Shown here: positions 28,514 to 37,336 of the stretch, in pieces | How the letters are laid out: each line of letters starts with the position of its first letter | Numbering within the stretch: position 1 is the first letter of the stretch | Virus genome (UHGV): UHGV-0210093 | Reading direction: 5' to 3' (one strand) | Length of the DNA stretch: 54,052 bases | From: a virus | Translations under genes and position numbers: made by a program | Notes under the pieces: generated by a model | What the model saw: the letters and a program-made list of their open reading frames with translations, nothing else | The model's database searches: none | Told to the model about the DNA's origin: nothing

Positions 28514-28720
28514 GTGATTTACGACAACATTTTTGAACGAGCTAAAAAGCGTGGAATCTCAATAAACAAACTTGAGGAACAAGCTGAGTTGTCAAAGGGA
28601 AGCATCTGTAAATGGGGAAAAAGCGTAAGTCCTACAGTAAAAAGCATTAAGAAAGTTGCTGACATACTTGGATGTACGGTTGATGAGCTGATTACAGAGA
28701 AGAAATTAAAAAGGAAGTGA
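28514..28720 (+). CDS. Cro-like XRE HTH protein
   Basis: GTG start after a GGAGGTG RBS; 68 aa with an HTH segment (ISINKLEEQAELSKGSICKWG). Confidence 0.55.
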   Translation: MIYDNIFERAKKRGISINKLEEQAELSKGSICKWGKSVSPTVKSIKKVADILGCTVDELITEKKLKRK

Positions 28721-28724
28721 TTGG

Positions 28725-28973
28725 ATGCCGAAGTTAAAGACATCTGAAAGAGAAAGGCAGAACAGAACGCTTCTTGCAATCATCGAGTCAGGAAAGACTA
28801 TGACAGCTATCGATACTCAGAAGCTTTCAAAACTGACCGGTATCCCGCCAAGTACTCTGTACCAGAGATTAAGTCAGCCGGACAACATCCGAATCAGTGA
28901 ATTACGAGAAATCCTAAGGGTACTCAAAATCACTGATGAGGAAAAGGCGAAGATTGGTAGGGAAGTGATATGA
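28725..28973 (+). CDS. small HTH DNA-binding protein (excisionase- or regulator-like)
   Basis: HTH segment MTAIDTQKLSKLTGIPPSTLYQRL. Confidence 0.35.
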   Translation: MPKLKTSERERQNRTLLAIIESGKTMTAIDTQKLSKLTGIPPSTLYQRLSQPDNIRISELREILRVLKITDEEKAKIGREVI

Positions 28974-29116
28974 GAGATTGTAGTTACTGCAAAAAGAGAA
29001 ACAGATGCATGGAAAGAAGCAGATGTATTCCGTGTGCATCATTTCAGAAAGAAGGTGAGAAAAACGAATCAGATCGATATGATCGACATCCAAAGAAGAA
29101 CAATCCAGATCATTGA
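28970..29116 (+). CDS. small Cys-rich protein (48 aa, CxxC...C...CxxC)
   Basis: ATGA overlap with the previous gene. Competes with overlapping ORF 29034..29246 in another frame. Confidence 0.25.
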   Translation: MRDCSYCKKRNRCMERSRCIPCASFQKEGEKNESDRYDRHPKKNNPDH

Positions 29117-29246
29117 TATCAAGAGACAGCCAAGAAGAATTGAGCATGATGACAGAGAAGAAAAAATATCTGCTGTTAAGACCGTAGTTGCGATGGGATT
29201 GGTAATCTTCTTAAGTATCGCAACATGGGTTATCTTCGGATATTAA
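29034..29246 (+). CDS. small protein with a C-terminal transmembrane helix (alternative to 28970..29116)
   Basis: GTG start; hydrophobic C-terminus. Confidence 0.2.
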   Translation: MHHFRKKVRKTNQIDMIDIQRRTIQIIDIKRQPRRIEHDDREEKISAVKTVVAMGLVIFLSIATWVIFGY

Positions 29247-29331
29247 AATAAGCGCCCGGGAAAGACGGCAAATCTTCAGGCGCTTAGGTAATTAACCAAC
29301 TTAATAATAGCAATTTAAAAAGGAGAAAGCA

Positions 29332-29565
29332 ATGAAAAAAGATAATTTTACCATAACTTTGGATAAGCTGAACGCAATCATTCCAATATTTGCATCAGAG
29401 TTTTGTGACATGAATGGTGTCAAAGACGAAGATTTGATTATGAAAGCATCAGCATACATTTTCGCAAACGTAGAACGGTACGTGCGTGGAGATAGAGATG
29501 TTGACGAAAAACTTCTTGCAATTAGCACACTTGTTCTGCAATTAGTACAAGAACTGCCATTGTGA
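29332..29565 (+). CDS. hypothetical protein
   Basis: AAAGGAGAAAG RBS. Confidence 0.35.
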   Translation: MKKDNFTITLDKLNAIIPIFASEFCDMNGVKDEDLIMKASAYIFANVERYVRGDRDVDEKLLAISTLVLQLVQELPL

Positions 29566-29577
29566 AAGGAGAAAGCA

Positions 29578-29871
29578 ATGTTGTTAGAAAAAACACTTGA
29601 AGTAAGCGTTTCAAAATTTGAAGAGCTGTGCAAAACAGATGCACGAATGGAAACGCTCAAAGCTTACATCAGCAATGAAGAAAACGGATATATCAAGTTG
29701 GACACAGTGAAAGCAATTATCGGACTTCCGGTTAAGCGCGAAGAGCCTTCAGTTTGGGAGCATGAGGAACTGTCCTTTGATGAATTAGGAATCACACAAC
29801 ATAAGATGCATAAGAGACTTGCAGACAATTACAATGCGGAGGAAATGAAAGATGAACGAACTGAAATTTAA
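29578..29871 (+). CDS. hypothetical protein
   Basis: AAAGGAGAAAG RBS (a repeat of the upstream RBS context). Confidence 0.35.
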   Translation: MLLEKTLEVSVSKFEELCKTDARMETLKAYISNEENGYIKLDTVKAIIGLPVKREEPSVWEHEELSFDELGITQHKMHKRLADNYNAEEMKDERTEI

Positions 29872-30769
29872 TGTGGTGCAGAGCATTGGAGAAATCACAG
29901 CTAACTTTGATGAATTTAAGAACCAGGTGTCACGGGAGCTTGAGAAATATAAAAGCAAAGAGTTTACGGAAGATACAAAAAAGGATGCGAAGAAAGACCT
30001 TGCAGAGCTGAGAAAGAAAAAGGCAGCAGTAAACGAGAGAAGAATTGAAGTAAAGAAAGAATATATGAAGCCTTATGATGAGTTCGAAGCTAAGGTAAAG
30101 GAACTTATCACATTGATTGATGAGCCAATCACACTGATTGATTACAAGGTAAAAGAGTTCGAAGAGAAGCGAATCAATGAACGTAAAGAAGAAATTCTGC
30201 TTGCTTATGAAGAAATTGTACCGGGTGAATTACAGGATTACATTCCATTGGAGCGTATCTACGGAAAGAAGTGGACGAATGCCGGCACGAAAATGAAAGA
30301 CATTAGAGAAGAACTTACTAGCAGAGTTGCAACTACAAATGCTGATATCAATGCTATCAAAGCCATGAGATCAGAAAAAGAAGAAACTGCTCTTAACTTC
30401 TACATGGAGAATAACAACCTTGCATCAGCAATTAAGTACCTTAGTGATTACGAAATTCAGAAAGCAGAGATCCTTAAGAGAAAAGAAGCAGAAGAAGCTG
30501 CCAGAAGAGAAAGAGAATTGGAAGCTGAAAGAGAACGCATCCGTCTTGAAGAACGTAGAAGAATCCTCGAAGAAGAGGAAATCAAAAGAAAAGCGGAGAA
30601 AGAAACTGTTGAAAAGCTGAAAGAAGTAGATGAGGAACAGGCAAGATTCTTGAGCAGTGAAGAGTCTAAGAAGGTAATTTACACCGTTGTTGCTACAGAA
30701 GAGGAACTTAAAGATATTGAACAGGCAATGACAAGCTTCGGTGTTTATTTCGAAAGGAAGGATGTTTAA
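29852..30769 (+). CDS. DUF1351-like phage protein (coiled-coil)
   Basis: Long charged coiled-coil protein immediately upstream of the Rad52-like recombinase gene. Confidence 0.45.
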   Translation: MNELKFNVVQSIGEITANFDEFKNQVSRELEKYKSKEFTEDTKKDAKKDLAELRKKKAAVNERRIEVKKEYMKPYDEFEAKVKELITLIDEPITLIDYKVKEFEEKRINERKEEILLAYEEIVPGELQDYIPLERIYGKKWTNAGTKMKDIREELTSRVATTNADINAIKAMRSEKEETALNFYMENNNLASAIKYLSDYEIQKAEILKRKEAEEAARRERELEAERERIRLEERRRILEEEEIKRKAEKETVEKLKEVDEEQARFLSSEESKKVIYTVVATEEELKDIEQAMTSFGVYFERKDV

Positions 30770-30772
30770 AGG

Positions 30773-31447
30773 ATGCTTACGTTTAGAGATTTGAAAGCCA
30801 GTGAGATTGATTGTCGAATCGCAACGGTTAAGCCTAATGGAATTTCACTTCTTCTCTACAAAGATGCAAGAGTCGATCAGAATATCCTAGATGAGACAGT
30901 CGAACCTTTTAACTGGCAAAGATCGCATGAAGTGCTAGACGGCAATCTGTACTGTACAGTATCAATCTACGATGCAGAAAAAGGTATCTGGGTATCCAAA
31001 CAGGATGTAGGAAAAGAGTCTTACACGGAGAAAGAGAAAGGTCAGGCATCTGATTCTTTCAAGAGAGCGTGCTTTAATTGGGGAATCGGAAGAGAACTGT
31101 ACACAGTACCATTTATTTGGATTAATGCTGATAATTGCAATATCAACGGAACGAAGTGCAATGACAGATTCATTGTTGACCAGATTGTGATTGAAGACAA
31201 GACGATCAAAGCATTGTCCATCAAGAATAAGAACACTGGAAAAATTGTGTACACGATGGGAAAGCCAGCTGAACAGCCAGTGACACCACATACTCTTGAT
31301 GCTTCTCATGTAGCAACATTACAAGCGTGCATTCAGAGTCACGGACAGACCGTTGAAAATGTCTGCAAGGCATTCAAGGTCAAGTCACTGGAAGAACTGA
31401 ACATTGAACAATTTGACTACTTGATGAAAAGAATGGGTGAGAAATAA
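30773..31447 (+). CDS. Rad52/Sak-like single-strand annealing protein
   Basis: Motif SDSFKRACFNWGIGRELY, matching the Rad52-family GxGRxLY signature. Confidence 0.5.
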   Translation: MLTFRDLKASEIDCRIATVKPNGISLLLYKDARVDQNILDETVEPFNWQRSHEVLDGNLYCTVSIYDAEKGIWVSKQDVGKESYTEKEKGQASDSFKRACFNWGIGRELYTVPFIWINADNCNINGTKCNDRFIVDQIVIEDKTIKALSIKNKNTGKIVYTMGKPAEQPVTPHTLDASHVATLQACIQSHGQTVENVCKAFKVKSLEELNIEQFDYLMKRMGEK

Positions 31448-32023
31448 ATGCGTTTCACTGGAAAACTCAAAGAACCAATCATCGACTTCGTAACGCATCG
31501 TCTGACCATTCTATTTGAGCCAAATGAGGACTTTCTTGAGACTTACGAGGAATTGAAAGGCAAAGAGGTTTTAAGCCTTGAAATAAAGCCATACAGGAAG
31601 AAAAGAAGTCTTGATGCTAATGCTTACTACTGGGTACTACTCACCAAGCTTGCAAAGGTAATGAACACATCTAATGCAGAAATGCATAACTTGATGCTGA
31701 TTCACTACGGAGAGCCGGAGATCATTGAAGGAAAGCCGATATACATGACAGTACCGGATACGGAAGATGCGGAAAAGAAAGTGATGCAAGCAACAGAATA
31801 TCATCTGATGCCAACATCACAAGTAAGGCAAGGCTTGGACGGTATCATGTACAGAACGTACAAGTTGTTGAGAGGTTCAAGTACCTACGATACATCAGAG
31901 ATGGCAAGGCTCATTGATGGACTTATTACAAGTTGCAAAGAAGCAGGACTTTCAGCATCAGAGATTGCCACACCGGATGAAAAGAGATTACTGAAAGAAA
32001 GGTATGGCGTGGATATTGGCTAA
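31448..32023 (+). CDS. NinB/Orf-like recombination mediator candidate
   Basis: RSLDANAYYWVLL resembles the lambda NinB RSLDQNRKLWA region. Confidence 0.35.
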   Translation: MRFTGKLKEPIIDFVTHRLTILFEPNEDFLETYEELKGKEVLSLEIKPYRKKRSLDANAYYWVLLTKLAKVMNTSNAEMHNLMLIHYGEPEIIEGKPIYMTVPDTEDAEKKVMQATEYHLMPTSQVRQGLDGIMYRTYKLLRGSSTYDTSEMARLIDGLITSCKEAGLSASEIATPDEKRLLKERYGVDIG

Positions 32024-32312
32024 ACGATTGAAAAGTGTGTTCACCGATGATATGGACCACTGCTACTTCACTGGATATCCTTATCCACACATACACCATA
32101 TCTTTTGTGGCAGCAGAAGAAAGATATCTGAGAGATACGGATTTGTGATTCCCCTTGCACCGTATCTCCATGAATTTCAAAAGGGGAGCGTACATGACAA
32201 TCCGAATCACGGTTTGGACTTGGAACTCAAGCAGATGGCTCAACGATATTTTGAAGAGCATATAGGCAGCAGAGAAGAGTTCAGAGAGGTATTCGGAAAG
32301 TCTTGGCTATAA
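32004..32312 (+). CDS. hypothetical His/Cys-rich protein
   Basis: HIHHIFCGS ... HDNPNHG motifs; function unknown. Confidence 0.3.
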   Translation: MAWILAKRLKSVFTDDMDHCYFTGYPYPHIHHIFCGSRRKISERYGFVIPLAPYLHEFQKGSVHDNPNHGLDLELKQMAQRYFEEHIGSREEFREVFGKSWL

Positions 32313-32441
32313 CCGGTATTAACCTAGCGGATAAGGTTGATATATAAACTCCTAATGGCTGACTGAACAGCATGTCACAATCCTTTTCAAAAGCCATGAT
32401 GATTCATCTCCTCGGCTTGTCCGGGGAGAGAAAGGAGAACA

Positions 32442-32816
32442 ATGCAGACTTACGATATTGACATATTAGATTACATCAGAACCGGACATGACAGAGCAAT
32501 TACAAGAGCTGAGCTGTCTAATCTGACCGGTATAGACGATAGAACGATAAGAGACATGATCCATTATGCAAGACGAGATATACCAATTCTCAACATGCAA
32601 GATGGAAGAGGGTACTTCGTTCCAGACATGAACATCTTAGAAGAGAGAATGATGCTGATGAAGTACATCAGACAAGAAGAAAGCCGGCTGAAGAGTATCG
32701 GCTGGGCACTAAAAACAGCAAGGCGAACAGCCAAGAATTGCAACATGGAGGTAGACACAGATGAACCCAAACCGAAAAGGGAAAGAGGGAGAAAGAGAGT
32801 TAGCAAATCTGCTTAA
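32442..32816 (+). CDS. winged-helix DNA-binding protein
   Basis: GAAAGGAGAAC RBS; basic C-terminus. Confidence 0.35.
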   Translation: MQTYDIDILDYIRTGHDRAITRAELSNLTGIDDRTIRDMIHYARRDIPILNMQDGRGYFVPDMNILEERMMLMKYIRQEESRLKSIGWALKTARRTAKNCNMEVDTDEPKPKRERGRKRVSKSA

Positions 32817-33087
32817 AGACAGATACGGATATGATTGCCGGAGAGGACAGCAGTTCTGCGGATCCAATGGAGATGCGGATGTAGTTGGTCTTCCTGGCAT
32901 CCATATTGAGTGCAAGAGAGTAGAGAAGCTTAATATTGATACCGCTATGGAACAGTCCATAAACGATGCGAGAGAGGGCGAAATGCCTACGGTAATGCAT
33001 CGGAAGAATCACAAGGATTGGCTGGTCACAATGACAATGGAAGATTGGATGAAATTGTATGAAAAATGGGTACATAGAAATCAATAG
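32761..33087 (+). CDS. PD-(D/E)xK Holliday-junction-resolvase-like nuclease
   Basis: GDADVV ... IHIECK pattern (D...ExK); GGAGGTAG RBS. Confidence 0.4.
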   Translation: MNPNRKGKEGERELANLLKDRYGYDCRRGQQFCGSNGDADVVGLPGIHIECKRVEKLNIDTAMEQSINDAREGEMPTVMHRKNHKDWLVTMTMEDWMKLYEKWVHRNQ

Positions 33088-33625
33088 AGATATTGAGAAT
33101 CTACTAAAAAACGAAAGTGCACATACTTTCCTTATACTGATTGACATTTTACTCAGAAGTGATGATGAAACAAATTCTTTGAAAACATCAATCAGCCAAA
33201 TATCCGGAACATTTGGGATAGACAAAAAGGAAGTTAAGAAATGCTTATCCAGATTAAGAAAGATTGATCTGATAGAAGTTTATAAGAACCAGGGGAATAA
33301 AGACTCTCTGATTATCGCACTTAGAAAAGAAAATGCGTGTTACCGCATAACTCCAAAAGAGCTTGTCTTGGATCCAACAGAGGTCGCAGCTCTTTCAGAC
33401 AGCAGAAGTGAGAAAGGGTACGCTAAATTCCGAAAAACGGTATTGGAAAGAGACGGATATGTATGCCAAATATGTGGAGAAACAGATAAGTTGGAAGTTC
33501 ATCATATTAAACCTTATGCAAGATATCCTAAGCTCAGAACAACAGTCAGTAACGGGATCACCTTGTGTAAGAAGTGTCATAAGGAAGTACATAGAAAGCG
33601 TGAAACACAATGCAAGGATGGATAA
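33059..33625 (+). CDS. HNH endonuclease domain protein
   Basis: C-terminal CQICG ... HHIKP ... N ... CKKCH motif. Confidence 0.55.
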   Translation: MKNGYIEINRDIENLLKNESAHTFLILIDILLRSDDETNSLKTSISQISGTFGIDKKEVKKCLSRLRKIDLIEVYKNQGNKDSLIIALRKENACYRITPKELVLDPTEVAALSDSRSEKGYAKFRKTVLERDGYVCQICGETDKLEVHHIKPYARYPKLRTTVSNGITLCKKCHKEVHRKRETQCKDG

Positions 33626-34446
33626 AGATTCACAGGGATTTATTGGACAATGAACTGTGGAGCGACAAGCCTTTTACCAAAGGACAAGCGTGGGTTGACC
33701 TATTGTTACTTGCTAATCACAGAGACAAAAATGTGCTGTTAGGGAACTGTACAGAACTGGTTGAAAGAGGTTCATTTATCACTTCCGAACTCAAATTAAT
33801 GGAGCGTTGGGGGTGGGGGAGAAAGAAGGTCAAACTCTTTTTAAACTTCTTAGAAAGTCAAAAGATGATAGAACGAAATGCGAACAACAAAAGAACAGCT
33901 ATAACCATTGTAAATTATGGGTTTTATCAAGATTGTGACCTACCAAAGGAACAGCAAAAGGACAGCAAAAGGACAGCAAAGGAACAGCGTAGGGACAGCA
34001 CAGGAACAGCAAAGGAACACAAACAAGAAAGAAAGAATGAAAGAATGAAAGAATATATAGATACTAACGTATCTATAAAGCAGCATAGCATTCAATCCAT
34101 CATCGATGCATGGAATCAGCTAGAGCCTTACGGTATCAAAATGATTTACCGCATCAACCCGGGTTCTAAGAGATGCACTTCACTGATTGCTTTACTTGAG
34201 CAATTCGGAGAAGAGAAAGTGATACAAGCTGTTGATAAGGTCAAACAGAGTGACTTCCTTCAGGGAAAGACAGATGCGAGATTCTCACTGAACTTCGATT
34301 GGTTTATCAATCCGAACAACTTTGTGAAGGTGCTTGAAGGAAAGTATGATGAACGGCACGATAAGAAACTAACGAAGAACAATAACAACTTTGAGCGAAG
34401 ACAGTATGACATGGATGATCTGGAGAGCAAGCTACTTGGAAGGTGA
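33610..34446 (+). CDS. replisome organizer / replication initiation protein
   Basis: N-terminal IKIHRDLLDNELW-type motif. Internal iteron cluster at 33945-34030. Confidence 0.45.
   Translation: MQGWIKIHRDLLDNELWSDKPFTKGQAWVDLLLLANHRDKNVLLGNCTELVERGSFITSELKLMERWGWGRKKVKLFLNFLESQKMIERNANNKRTAITIVNYGFYQDCDLPKEQQKDSKRTAKEQRRDSTGTAKEHKQERKNERMKEYIDTNVSIKQHSIQSIIDAWNQLEPYGIKMIYRINPGSKRCTSLIALLEQFGEEKVIQAVDKVKQSDFLQGKTDARFSLNFDWFINPNNFVKVLEGKYDERHDKKLTKNNNNFERRQYDMDDLESKLLGR
33945..34030 (+). repeat. iteron-like direct repeats (GGACAGCAAAR / GGAACAGCAAAGG) inside the replication gene
   Basis: At least 6 near-identical 10-12-bp units in 85 bp; candidate replication origin. Confidence 0.45.
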
Positions 34447-34452
34447 TTAAGA

Positions 34453-34797
34453 ATGGCAGAGATAAAAAGTGGCTGGGCGGTATGCTCAGTCTGCGGAAAA
34501 GAATTTGAGATAGTCGGCAACCGAAAGAAGTGTTGTAGTAAGGCTTGCGGAGAAGAAAGAAGCCGAAGACAGTGTTGTGAGAGAGGAAAGGCAAGATACA
34601 GAGCCTTGAGTCCTGAACAGAAAAAGGAACTGGCAATGAAACGAAAGCAAGCCAAACCAAAGAAAGTAAAAGGCGCAAAAGAACCGAAGTATCGAAGCGA
34701 ATTAGTAAGAGTCGCAGCTGAAGCAAAGCAGCATGGTATGAGCTACGGAGAATATGTTGCGAAAAGCGAAAGGAGAAGAGATGGGGAAAACGATTGA
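34453..34797 (+). CDS. zinc-ribbon / basic protein
   Basis: CSVCG ... CCSKAC motif followed by a Lys/Arg-rich tail. Confidence 0.3.
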   Translation: MAEIKSGWAVCSVCGKEFEIVGNRKKCCSKACGEERSRRQCCERGKARYRALSPEQKKELAMKRKQAKPKKVKGAKEPKYRSELVRVAAEAKQHGMSYGEYVAKSERRRDGEND

Positions 34798-35224
34798 TGC
34801 AGAAGAGTTTCTTTCATGGCTGAATGAAGCTGAGGAAGAACTAAAGGGAGAAAGAGCGGATGAGCTGAACCCTGATCGCAAGGATGAAGGAATCCTACTG
34901 GCAACCGAGAATGTCAGAAAGTATGTCGAGAAGATGTGCAAGATTGATGATGCCGATGAGGACTGTAGATGGATTCCGGTAACGGAAAGACTCCCAGAAG
35001 ATGAAAGTGATGTCCTTACAACAATCGCATCCAAGAGCGGTAGCGGATACAGAGAATACAGTGTTGGATGTTACATCAAGGTATTTGATGAGGATGAGGA
35101 AAAGCACTGGCTTGATAGACAGTATGGTTACCTTGAGTGGGACAGATATTCAAACGGACATGGCGGTTGTTCACTGTACAAGGTGACAGCATGGATGCCA
35201 CTTCCGAAACTGTACAAGGGATAA
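34781..35224 (+). CDS. DUF551-like protein (paralog of 42797..43213)
   Basis: C-terminal WIPVTERLPEDE ... YLEWDRYSNG ... WMPLPKLYKG is shared with the other copy; AAAGGAGAAG RBS. Confidence 0.4.
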   Translation: MGKTIDAEEFLSWLNEAEEELKGERADELNPDRKDEGILLATENVRKYVEKMCKIDDADEDCRWIPVTERLPEDESDVLTTIASKSGSGYREYSVGCYIKVFDEDEEKHWLDRQYGYLEWDRYSNGHGGCSLYKVTAWMPLPKLYKG

Positions 35225-35229
35225 AGACC

Positions 35230-35346
35230 ATGAACAGACAAGAGAAAGAGGATCAGGCTCAACTTGAGTACCTGAGACGATGGAAAGAGAAGAAACAGAA
35301 GAGAAAGAATCTGTCAGAAAAACTGAGAAAGAGAGGTATGAAATGA
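35230..35346 (+). CDS. small basic protein (38 aa)
   Basis: AAGGGATAAAG RBS; ATGA-type overlap with the next gene. Confidence 0.25.
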   Translation: MNRQEKEDQAQLEYLRRWKEKKQKRKNLSEKLRKRGMK

Positions 35347-35915
35347 AATACAAAGTTGGAGACAAGGTAAGAGTCAGGAGTAATTTAAAAAATACGGTGC
35401 TGTATGGTGGTTTATATGCAGTTGATGAAATGTTAAAGAAAAAGATCGTAACGATTACATCCGTGCATGATGATTACTACAAAGTTGTAGAAGATGACTA
35501 TAAGTGGACAGACGGAATGCTTGAAGGATTAGTCGAGGACGAACTGACAGCGGAAGAAGCAACTAAGATTTTAAGTGAAATTTGTTGTGAAAACGAATTA
35601 TGTGGTGGATGTCCTATTAGTGAAGCAAAAGGAAAAATGACGTGTCAAAGCTTCCGAAGAGATAAAACAGAAGAAGTGCTTGAAATCCTCAAGCGGTGGA
35701 AGAAAGACCATGAAAAGAAAGAAGTTGAGACGGAGTTTACGTGGTGTGTGCTGATTATCGAAGCTGATACTCATACCTTGAAACACGAAGAAAATGTTGG
35801 AACTGATTTCAAATCAATGGATGCGAAAAAGGCAGAAATCCTTAAGAAATACTGTTCAGAGCATGATGGAAAATATTATGCGATCAGCGAGCGCAGATGC
35901 GTAGTAAAGGAGTAG
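35343..35915 (+). CDS. hypothetical protein
   Basis: ATG after a GAGAGG RBS; 190 aa. Confidence 0.35.
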   Translation: MKYKVGDKVRVRSNLKNTVLYGGLYAVDEMLKKKIVTITSVHDDYYKVVEDDYKWTDGMLEGLVEDELTAEEATKILSEICCENELCGGCPISEAKGKMTCQSFRRDKTEEVLEILKRWKKDHEKKEVETEFTWCVLIIEADTHTLKHEENVGTDFKSMDAKKAEILKKYCSEHDGKYYAISERRCVVKE

Positions 35916-36136
35916 TCATGAACACAGGAGAAAAGATAGATTACATGATTCAGTGTTTGAAAGTCGCAAAAGCTGAGTATGATTACATGGCTGATTACGT
36001 TGCAAATGAACCGACTGAAAGACAAGAGTTGTGGAAATTCCTTGATACACACAGAAGTCCAAACAAAGCATTAATTAAAGACAACTTGAAGAATGTGGCA
36101 AGAATGGGATTCCAGCTTGCGAATGAGGTGAAGTAA
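35897..36136 (+). CDS. hypothetical protein
   Basis: Tightly packed plus-strand operon. Confidence 0.3.
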   Translation: MRSKGVVMNTGEKIDYMIQCLKVAKAEYDYMADYVANEPTERQELWKFLDTHRSPNKALIKDNLKNVARMGFQLANEVK

Positions 36137-36384
36137 TGGATATCAAAGTTCATGAGGACTATGTAAGCATCGACAGAGAGAATCTTGAAGTGTTTAATAA
36201 GACAGGCTTGAAACGTTTTAGCGAGAACCGTTTTCGCTGTGTAATCTGCGGAGAGCCAGCAAGCATTGATAGCAGTATGAGTTGTCGCGGACATCGGTTA
36301 GTACATACGCATTGCGCATACCAAACATTCGGAATTGACAACATGGTCAATGTTATTAAATGGATGGAAGAACAGGATAAATAA
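36136..36384 (+). CDS. hypothetical Cys/His-rich small protein
   Basis: CVICGE ... CRGH ... HTHC motifs. Confidence 0.3.
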   Translation: MDIKVHEDYVSIDRENLEVFNKTGLKRFSENRFRCVICGEPASIDSSMSCRGHRLVHTHCAYQTFGIDNMVNVIKWMEEQDK

Positions 36385-36446
36385 ATTACAGAAAGGAGCA
36401 GGAGATTTGTGCGCACAGAAAAGATATCTTTGCTCTGATAAGAAAA

Positions 36447-36995
36447 ATGGAAAATAAGTTATTAAAAGAATATTTAGGTGAATTTAACGAGGATTCGGAC
36501 GTAAGTATTATAATTGCAAATCCGAAAGACAGAAAAATGTATAAGTCGGAGATTATGTTTATGATTGCCCCTGAAGACGAAGAAGAAAAAGAAGGACCGG
36601 TAATCTGTATCGAGTTTGGACAGCCAAGAGACATGGATAAAGAAGAACCGGAAATGGCAATGGACGTTGAAAGAGAAGCACAGCCAGAGTTGCCAAGACT
36701 TAAGAACAATAACCAGAGAAAAGAGTTCTTGAAAACTTACAGAGATTGGCTTGTATGGTTTGAAGTACCACAGGCAGAGGAAATCTATTACAGATATATT
36801 CTTCCGGATGAAAGTGCAATCGTTATTTGTGAGTATAAGCAGTATGTAGCTTGGAAAGAAAGATATACAGACGAGAACCCGGAAAGCACGTACACAAAAT
36901 CATATCTGTTGGAGCCAGGTTATTATCATCTGCATGATTGTGAGACCAATGAGACAGCACTGGTGAAGAAACTGATGGAGGTACAGAAGAAATGA
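36447..36995 (+). CDS. hypothetical acidic protein
   Basis: 182 aa ORF. Confidence 0.35.
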   Translation: MENKLLKEYLGEFNEDSDVSIIIANPKDRKMYKSEIMFMIAPEDEEEKEGPVICIEFGQPRDMDKEEPEMAMDVEREAQPELPRLKNNNQRKEFLKTYRDWLVWFEVPQAEEIYYRYILPDESAIVICEYKQYVAWKERYTDENPESTYTKSYLLEPGYYHLHDCETNETALVKKLMEVQKK

Positions 36996-37252
36996 ATGCA
37001 GAAGAGTTCGTAAAAACTGTACAGAGCTGCGGATACGGTACAAAAAATGGAGCAAAGAAGTATGTAGAGCTGAATCCGAAAGAAGAATATGGAACAGATG
37101 ATTTGATTGCCTTGCATGAAGGTAATATGCACTGGCAAGGAATCAGTGCAGATAAAGGACTTAACTATGCATGGTGCGCAAACGGAAGAACAACAGCGTT
37201 CAGTAATGGGATTGCTGGAAACTCTGGAAGTAGGCAAGATTGGAACATGTAG
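36992..37252 (+). CDS. hypothetical protein
   Basis: 86 aa with an ATGA overlap. Confidence 0.3.
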   Translation: MNAEEFVKTVQSCGYGTKNGAKKYVELNPKEEYGTDDLIALHEGNMHWQGISADKGLNYAWCANGRTTAFSNGIAGNSGSRQDWNM

Positions 37253-37336
37253 TAACATAAGAGAATTTTAGAAAAGAATACAGAAAGGAGTACGGAGCTC
37301 CGGCCGGGCAAAGATATATCGGCTCCTTTCGAGAAG

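Noticed and set aside
29250-29300. Hairpin AAGCGCC...GGCGCTT considered as an intrinsic terminator
   Set aside because: No T-tract follows and the next gene has its own RBS. It may be a weak terminator or an RNA stability element at most.
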